From: a virus
Lineage: Duplodnaviria; Heunggongvirae; Uroviricota; Caudoviricetes
Direction: 5' to 3' (one strand)
Length of the DNA: 64,000 bases
IMG/VR virus record: IMGVR_UViG_3300019867_000001
Span: 29,244 to 93,243 of that record
Shown one piece after another: positions 59,516 to 64,000 of the stretch. The position numbers were made by a program, and so were the translations under genes. How positions within the stretch are numbered: the first letter of the stretch is position 1; each line of letters opens with the position of its first letter. Under the pieces are notes generated by a model. It saw only the letters and a program-made list of their open reading frames with translations, was not told where the DNA came from and made no database searches.

Positions 59516-59604
59516 TTTTATAAGCCTATTGTTGATTTTAACTTCTTTTATTGTAGCATGAATATGATATTTATTTTTTTAAAATACTCCGACTTCACCT
59601 GTGA

Positions 59605-59931
59605 TTAGATCAAGAAAAGCATGCTCTCCATTTTGCCATTTCTTTGTAAATTTATTATCTTTATATTGAAAACTAAATATTTAATTGTTATGCTCTCTAT
59701 ACGATTATTTATCGTTTTTGATTTCCAATTTACTGTTTTACAATATAATCCTCTTGTTGCAAATTCAGAATCACCAGCTATATATTCTGAATCAATAAGT
59801 CGTGCTATTATAGGATATAATACTTTTGCATTATGTAACTCTTGAAACATCATAGCCAGCGTTCTTGAAGAAAAATGTTCATTATCAGATTTATTGATGC
59901 AACGATAATTATTTTTTCTATCATACTCCAT
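59605..59931 (-). CDS. hypothetical protein
   Basis: 108-aa ORF. Confidence 0.2.
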   Translation of the reverse strand: MEYDRKNNYRCINKSDNEHFSSRTLAMMFQELHNAKVLYPIIARLIDSEYIAGDSEFATRGLYCKTVNWKSKTINNRIESITIKYLVFNIKIINLQRNGKMESMLFLI

Positions 59932-60007
59932 AATCGTGCTAATGCATTTGTAACATATAATCCAAAATCATTATCTCCAAATTGAACACATAAAAATTTA
60001 GCATTCA

Positions 60008-60382
60008 TTATAATCCTGCCTCCCTTTTATATGCTGAATGCTGATTTGATCTTTTCCAAAACATATGTTCGTCTGCACGCATTAACATTAGATGTGCAAT
60101 TATATCATCTGTAGGACACATCGCACCAGCCCAAGAATCAGCATAATAAGCTATTGGATGCATACAAAGCGTACACATAATACGTGTATCATTACCTTTT
60201 AAATCTATTGCAACTGTCGGCCTGAGTTTACGAAAACAATACATAACTCCACTTCTTTTACTAGTTTCAAGAAACATTCCAGTAAGTAAATATCGTTTAA
60301 ATTGAGAATGCCTAAGCAATCCCGCAAGTGTTTGTAATGCATTACTTTCTTGCTCAATCCCCCAGGCATCTGAACAACTCAT
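60008..60382 (-). CDS. hypothetical Cys/His-rich protein
   Basis: 124-aa ORF. Confidence 0.25.
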   Translation of the reverse strand: MSCSDAWGIEQESNALQTLAGLLRHSQFKRYLLTGMFLETSKRSGVMYCFRKLRPTVAIDLKGNDTRIMCTLCMHPIAYYADSWAGAMCPTDDIIAHLMLMRADEHMFWKRSNQHSAYKREAGL

Positions 60383-60432
60383 AGTATGCAGATCTAAAGC
60401 AAAGTGATGAATATTTGGTTCAAAGGTCCAAA

Positions 60433-60795
60433 TTACTTTATTATCTTTTTTTTTTCAATTACGTAGATTTTGCAACGTTTAGAAGTAGAATAGAATGAAT
60501 TACGAATTTTGTATTCAGTGTTCTCTTCTGATTTTTTACTCATCAATTCTTTAGCATGAGGATAAGTAGGTTCTACTACTAGCTGCTCATTTTCAAGAGG
60601 CATTGGAATTCCACAATAATAATCTTTTATTTCTGATATAGCTTTTAAACCATTTCTTAATCCTGCAAGATTATCAAAAGATTCTATTACTTTAATCTTA
60701 ACCTCCCGCTGTTCTTGCAACTGCGATCCCGTTTGTTTCTTTTGCTGAAATTGATTTTCTACCTGGTTTCTTTTTTTCCATTTGGCTTGTCTCAT
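60433..60795 (-). CDS. hypothetical protein
   Basis: 120-aa ORF overlapping 60698..61018. At most one of the two is likely real over the overlap. Confidence 0.2.
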   Translation of the reverse strand: MRQAKWKKRNQVENQFQQKKQTGSQLQEQREVKIKVIESFDNLAGLRNGLKAISEIKDYYCGIPMPLENEQLVVEPTYPHAKELMSKKSEENTEYKIRNSFYSTSKRCKIYVIEKKKIIK

Positions 60796-61018
60796 CTTGT
60801 TTCTCCTCGAAATCAGCTATTATATATTCATATTTTTTATCATCAAATTCAAGAACTCTTTGATATTTACCTTTTGAAACTTCAACTAATAATACATAGC
60901 CACGCTTCATCATATCTTTTACAATACGAGCAGCACGTATACATTCTGCTGTATTTTTAGGATCAAAGCTGATCTTTATATCACCGCAACCAACATTCAA
61001 AATTCCTATATTAGCCAT
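60698..61018 (-). CDS. hypothetical protein
   Basis: 106-aa ORF. Confidence 0.25.
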   Translation of the reverse strand: MANIGILNVGCGDIKISFDPKNTAECIRAARIVKDMMKRGYVLLVEVSKGKYQRVLEFDDKKYEYIIADFEEKQDETSQMEKKKPGRKSISAKETNGIAVARTAGG

Positions 61019-61033
61019 TACTTCCTCATATAT

Positions 61034-61516
61034 TTATTTTAATCTCACAAATTCACCATGCAATTTTATTGCTATTGTATTATACGCATCTTCTGCTTCT
61101 TTTAATGTATTATAACATCCAATATGAGATGTTTTACCATTTATACGTATTTGTGCTCTATATTGGCCATTAAATTTATGAACACCTTTAATTCCGGAAG
61201 CATTAGTTTTTGGAAGCTTTTGATTATATGCTTGTTGAGCTTGTGTTGCTAATCTTAAATTTTCAATTTTATTATTTAAACTGTCTCCATCAATATGATC
61301 TACTTCCATTCCTTCAGGTATAGCTCCATTATGCATTTCCCAAATTATTCTTGAAACAGTATAATTTTTATTATTATACCTAATTCTCCATCTAAGATAT
61401 CCGTTTTTATTTATAGTTAGGGAACCGGCTAAATCTCCTATATGAATTTTATTAGCAGGTCTTATTTTCCAATATAACCAACCAGCATTATATTTAAAAA
61501 TTTCATTCCAATTCAT
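61034..61516 (-). CDS. HNH-AP2 homing endonuclease (intact)
   Basis: MEVDHIDGDSLNNKIENLRLATQAQQ + GIKGVHKFNGQYRAQIRINGKTSHIGCYNTLKEAEDAYN. Confidence 0.65.
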   Translation of the reverse strand: MNWNEIFKYNAGWLYWKIRPANKIHIGDLAGSLTINKNGYLRWRIRYNNKNYTVSRIIWEMHNGAIPEGMEVDHIDGDSLNNKIENLRLATQAQQAYNQKLPKTNASGIKGVHKFNGQYRAQIRINGKTSHIGCYNTLKEAEDAYNTIAIKLHGEFVRLK

Positions 61517-61520
61517 TTTC

Positions 61521-61730
61521 TTATCCCAATGTTTTTGTCATAGGTCTTCCTTGACATATTAATCTTGGTCCATTACAACCACTACATGGATCATTTCCTA
61601 AACCAATTTCATCCATGATAACTATACCACCTAATAAACATGTAGATGGTACATATCCTTGCTCTATTGCTAACTTTAAATTGAAGTCATCTTGATCAGC
61701 AATCTCTTGATTAAAATAATGTACTTTCAA
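61521..61730 (-). CDS. hypothetical small Cys-containing protein
   Basis: 69 aa. …DPCSGCNGPRLICQG. Confidence 0.2.
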   Translation of the reverse strand: MKVHYFNQEIADQDDFNLKLAIEQGYVPSTCLLGGIVIMDEIGLGNDPCSGCNGPRLICQGRPMTKTLG

Positions 61731-61922
61731 TTACTCTTCCTTTATAAAACCATTTCTTTCAGCCCAATCCTCTAATACTGAATCTTCGAATACTTCTTCT
61801 GGTTTATTATTTTTTATAAATTCAATAATTTCATGTTCTGAATAAATATCATCTATTTCAATATTATTCTTTATAAGAAATATAATATTTTCAAATAAAC
61901 TTACTTTATCTCGATCACGCAT
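61731..61922 (-). CDS. hypothetical protein
   Basis: 63-aa ORF. Confidence 0.2.
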   Translation of the reverse strand: MRDRDKVSLFENIIFLIKNNIEIDDIYSEHEIIEFIKNNKPEEVFEDSVLEDWAERNGFIKEE

Positions 61923-62747
61923 TTATACCTCCTTACCTAAATTTATACATTCTGTTTCCTCTAACTTAATATATGGAACATTTGGCCAATTTGCAATTGA
62001 AAATTCATCATCTCTTGTTTTTCTTAAATATAAAAGTTTACCATTTAAAGTAAGCTCTTTCAACCAATCATCACCAAAGAAATCTTGATAACAAGAAACT
62101 ACTGTAAATTGAAATTCTTCTTCTGTGGAGTACTTTTCAAGTATCCTTTTGGCTTTAACTGGTCCAATACTTGGTATACCTTTAATATTATCAGTAGGAT
62201 CGCCTTTGAGTAGTTGCTCATAGAAAAAACGTAATGCTTCCTCTTCTGAAACTGTTACAAATTGGTTTTTATGCATTAAGTAATGTCTACCAGGTATACA
62301 CTGCAAATCCTTATCTATGGACGAAATTATATAATCTTTACCTTCTAAAATTGCTTCTTCTCTCCAAATACGTAATAAGTCATCTGCCTCCATTCCATCT
62401 GCGGCTATAGCCATATTAGCATCAACAGCTCGCTGACGTAAGATAGGGACAAAAGGAAAATCATCTCTATTACTTTTTCGATTTGCTTTATATTCAGGGT
62501 AAATTATATCTCTAAAATTATTTAAGCCTTTTACTGCCATTTTGTATTCATCAGCAAAACAAGTTTCAATTAATTCATTTGTCATTTCTTGAAAAGTAAT
62601 CCACGCTTCTTCTAAGTAAGCTTCATTTTGTTCAGGAGTAAAAGTTTCTGTATCTATAGTTACTAATGTAAAACCATCAGGAGTTTTAAATCTATTCTTA
62701 CAAGCATTGTAGGCGATGACATCGCCATCTAACAAAGCAATAGTCAT
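61923..62747 (-). CDS. 5'-3' exonuclease / flap endonuclease (T7 gene 6 / Pol I 5'-nuclease family)
   Basis: IALLDGDVIAYNA (N-terminal acidic cluster). H3TH-like GIPSIGPVKAKRILEKY. Confidence 0.55.
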   Translation of the reverse strand: MTIALLDGDVIAYNACKNRFKTPDGFTLVTIDTETFTPEQNEAYLEEAWITFQEMTNELIETCFADEYKMAVKGLNNFRDIIYPEYKANRKSNRDDFPFVPILRQRAVDANMAIAADGMEADDLLRIWREEAILEGKDYIISSIDKDLQCIPGRHYLMHKNQFVTVSEEEALRFFYEQLLKGDPTDNIKGIPSIGPVKAKRILEKYSTEEEFQFTVVSCYQDFFGDDWLKELTLNGKLLYLRKTRDDEFSIANWPNVPYIKLEETECINLGKEV

Positions 62748-62756
62748 AATTCACCA

Positions 62757-63275
62757 TTATTCTGATTTAGCAAATTCACCATAAATTTCTTGAGCTGCTT
62801 TATCATAAGCAACTTTTGCTTCTTCTATAGAATGGTAATAGCCTAATGATTTATGTTTACCATTAATACTAATTTGTGCATTCCATTTATTTTTCTTTTT
62901 AAACCAAGTCACACCTTTATAACCAGAAGTATTATCTTTACGAATACCAACATTCATTTGATTTTGGGATCTTGTAGCTTCTCTTAAATTTTCAAGTAAA
63001 TTATTATAAACAATTTCATCTATATGATCTACTTCTAATTCCGTATCACCAAAATGCATTTCATAAATAATACGATGAGTATAATAAAGTTTACCATAAA
63101 TATTAATTACCCAATATCCTCTTGAATTTATACTACCAGCTTGATCACCAGCTTTTATTTTATTTCCGCGATCTTTCTTCCAATATAAATAACCAATTTT
63201 ATAAAAGAACAATGAATTCAAAAATTCTTGTCTACTTGCATATCTTTGTAATTCTTCTTCAAATATAATTTTCAT
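62757..63275 (-). CDS. HNH-AP2 homing endonuclease
   Basis: LEVDHIDEIVYNNLLENLREATRSQN + GYKGVTWFKKKNKWNAQISINGKHKSLGYYHSIEEAKVAYD. Confidence 0.55.
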   Translation of the reverse strand: MKIIFEEELQRYASRQEFLNSLFFYKIGYLYWKKDRGNKIKAGDQAGSINSRGYWVINIYGKLYYTHRIIYEMHFGDTELEVDHIDEIVYNNLLENLREATRSQNQMNVGIRKDNTSGYKGVTWFKKKNKWNAQISINGKHKSLGYYHSIEEAKVAYDKAAQEIYGEFAKSE

Positions 63276-63457
63276 AATTTTTTAATTCCATTATCTAGTT
63301 GTCCTGCAATGAATGCGATCATAACAGCATTAGTTGCTATGATTTGCATACTTGTACTTATTCGTTTAGGGTCATCTATTCCTTCAACTACTTTTAATGC
63401 ATTAAGTGTTTCATGTATTAATTGTTTTACTCTAATCATATCATTAGGATTATTCAT
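63272..63457 (-). CDS. hypothetical protein
   Basis: 61-aa ORF. Confidence 0.2.
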   Translation of the reverse strand: MNNPNDMIRVKQLIHETLNALKVVEGIDDPKRISTSMQIIATNAVMIAFIAGQLDNGIKKL

Positions 63458-63729
63458 TCTAATGTTCCAAGTTGTTGGGATCTTACCATATAACCTTTTA
63501 ACTTATCTATTTTATCTTGACTGAATTTTTTATCGAATTCTATTTTTAATTCATTTTCAAGTAAATATAAAACTGACATTACATCAGTTAATTCAAGTTG
63601 AACTCGCTCTATATTACTTAATTCATAGTAATGATGCTCAGTAGTAAATCTTAAACATTTTATACAGTTCTGTGCTAATTCATTGCATTCTTCTGCTAAA
63701 CAAAGAAGTAAATATTCTTGTTTATTCAT
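63454..63729 (-). CDS. MazG-like nucleotide pyrophosphohydrolase (small all-alpha NTP-PPase)
   Basis: LAEECNELAQ (EExxE motif) and LELTDVMSVL (second acidic motif). 91 aa, with an RBS GAGGA upstream. Confidence 0.45.
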   Translation of the reverse strand: MNKQEYLLLCLAEECNELAQNCIKCLRFTTEHHYYELSNIERVQLELTDVMSVLYLLENELKIEFDKKFSQDKIDKLKGYMVRSQQLGTLE

Positions 63730-63732
63730 TTA

Positions 63733-64000
63733 ATATAAATCCTCTGAGTATAACTTTTTGTCTGTTTTTTCTTGAATTTGATTTGCAGCTACTGCAATTA
63801 TATACGATTGCTCTCTTGTAAAGAAATCACTAAATTGATCTAAAAATCCTTGTTCCCAATCAGAGTGATGTGAAAGTGGATTAGTAATTTGTTTAGCCAT
63901 TATTAAATCAAAATGCCGAATACCACATATTACATGATTAGTTTGTATATTTCTTATTGCTGCACATATAATTTTTTGTGGATTTTCTTCTCTTAAATTT
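63733..64000 (-). CDS. hypothetical protein (C-terminal part; ORF enters window from the right edge)
   Basis: Open minus-strand frame …IICAAIRNIQTNHVICGIRHFDL…YSEDLY*, ending at 63733 just upstream of the MazG-like gene. Confidence 0.3.

Noticed and set aside
2078-63524. Plus-strand ORFs in the six-frame track (e.g. 4666..4857, 8581..9105, 20854..21771, 34334..34880, 41220..41630, 54763..55170)
   Set aside because: All lie antisense within well-supported minus-strand genes or inside intron cores. They lack RBS-like context and have low-complexity, codon-biased translations typical of shadow ORFs. Every convincing gene in the window is on the minus strand.
1-64000. Integrase/attachment site or lysogeny module
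   Set aside because: No tyrosine or serine recombinase motifs, and no repressor/Cro-like pair, were recognised in any minus-strand ORF. The window looks like a strictly lytic-type layout.

Overview
This window is a 64-kb stretch of a tailed-phage (Caudoviricetes) genome. It is AT-rich, about 30% GC by eye, and every convincing gene is on the minus strand. It contains two gene modules separated by a repeat-rich non-coding hub.

- **Morphogenesis/packaging module (1–27.1 kb).** Reading right to left: possible small terminase, large terminase, a GC-rich tail-fibre-like gene, portal, MuF-type head-morphogenesis protein, a T7/N4-like single-subunit RNA polymerase, scaffold, HK97-fold capsid, head-tail connectors, two paralogous tail-tube genes, chaperones, and the start of the tape-measure gene.
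- **Non-coding hub (27.1–28.9 kb).** Two 102-bp direct repeats, two tandem-repeat arrays and a strong intrinsic terminator.
- **DNA/nucleotide-metabolism and accessory module (28.9–64 kb).** Class II ribonucleotide reductase, primase-helicase, ligase, FEN exonuclease, 3'-5' exonuclease, a PurA-family enzyme, a MazG-like protein, an RSH-type HD hydrolase, a DHH phosphoesterase, a nucleotidyltransferase, a Ro60/Rsr-like protein, three vWA proteins and an SPFH protein.

The genome is heavily colonised by selfish elements:
- Three inteins, in the MuF protein, the RNR and the helicase P-loop.
- At least seven group-I-intron-like elements. Six belong to one homologous family, splitting the RNA polymerase into at least four exons and the large terminase into two. 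A seventh, unrelated one splits the RNR gene.
- More than a dozen free-standing or intron-borne homing endonucleases (HNH-AP2, HNH-NUMOD, EndoVII-like, GIY-YIG), several of them decayed.

The most notable hypotheses are:
- a virion RNA polymerase encoded directly downstream of, and possibly spliced onto, the MuF protein;
- a candidate 2-aminoadenine ('Z-genome') pathway, from a short PurA-like protein (PurZ?) plus a MazG-like protein;
- an Rsr/Ro60 orthologue with a nearby tRNA-like element that could be a Y RNA.

All calls rest on motifs read by eye from the translations. No database searches were run.
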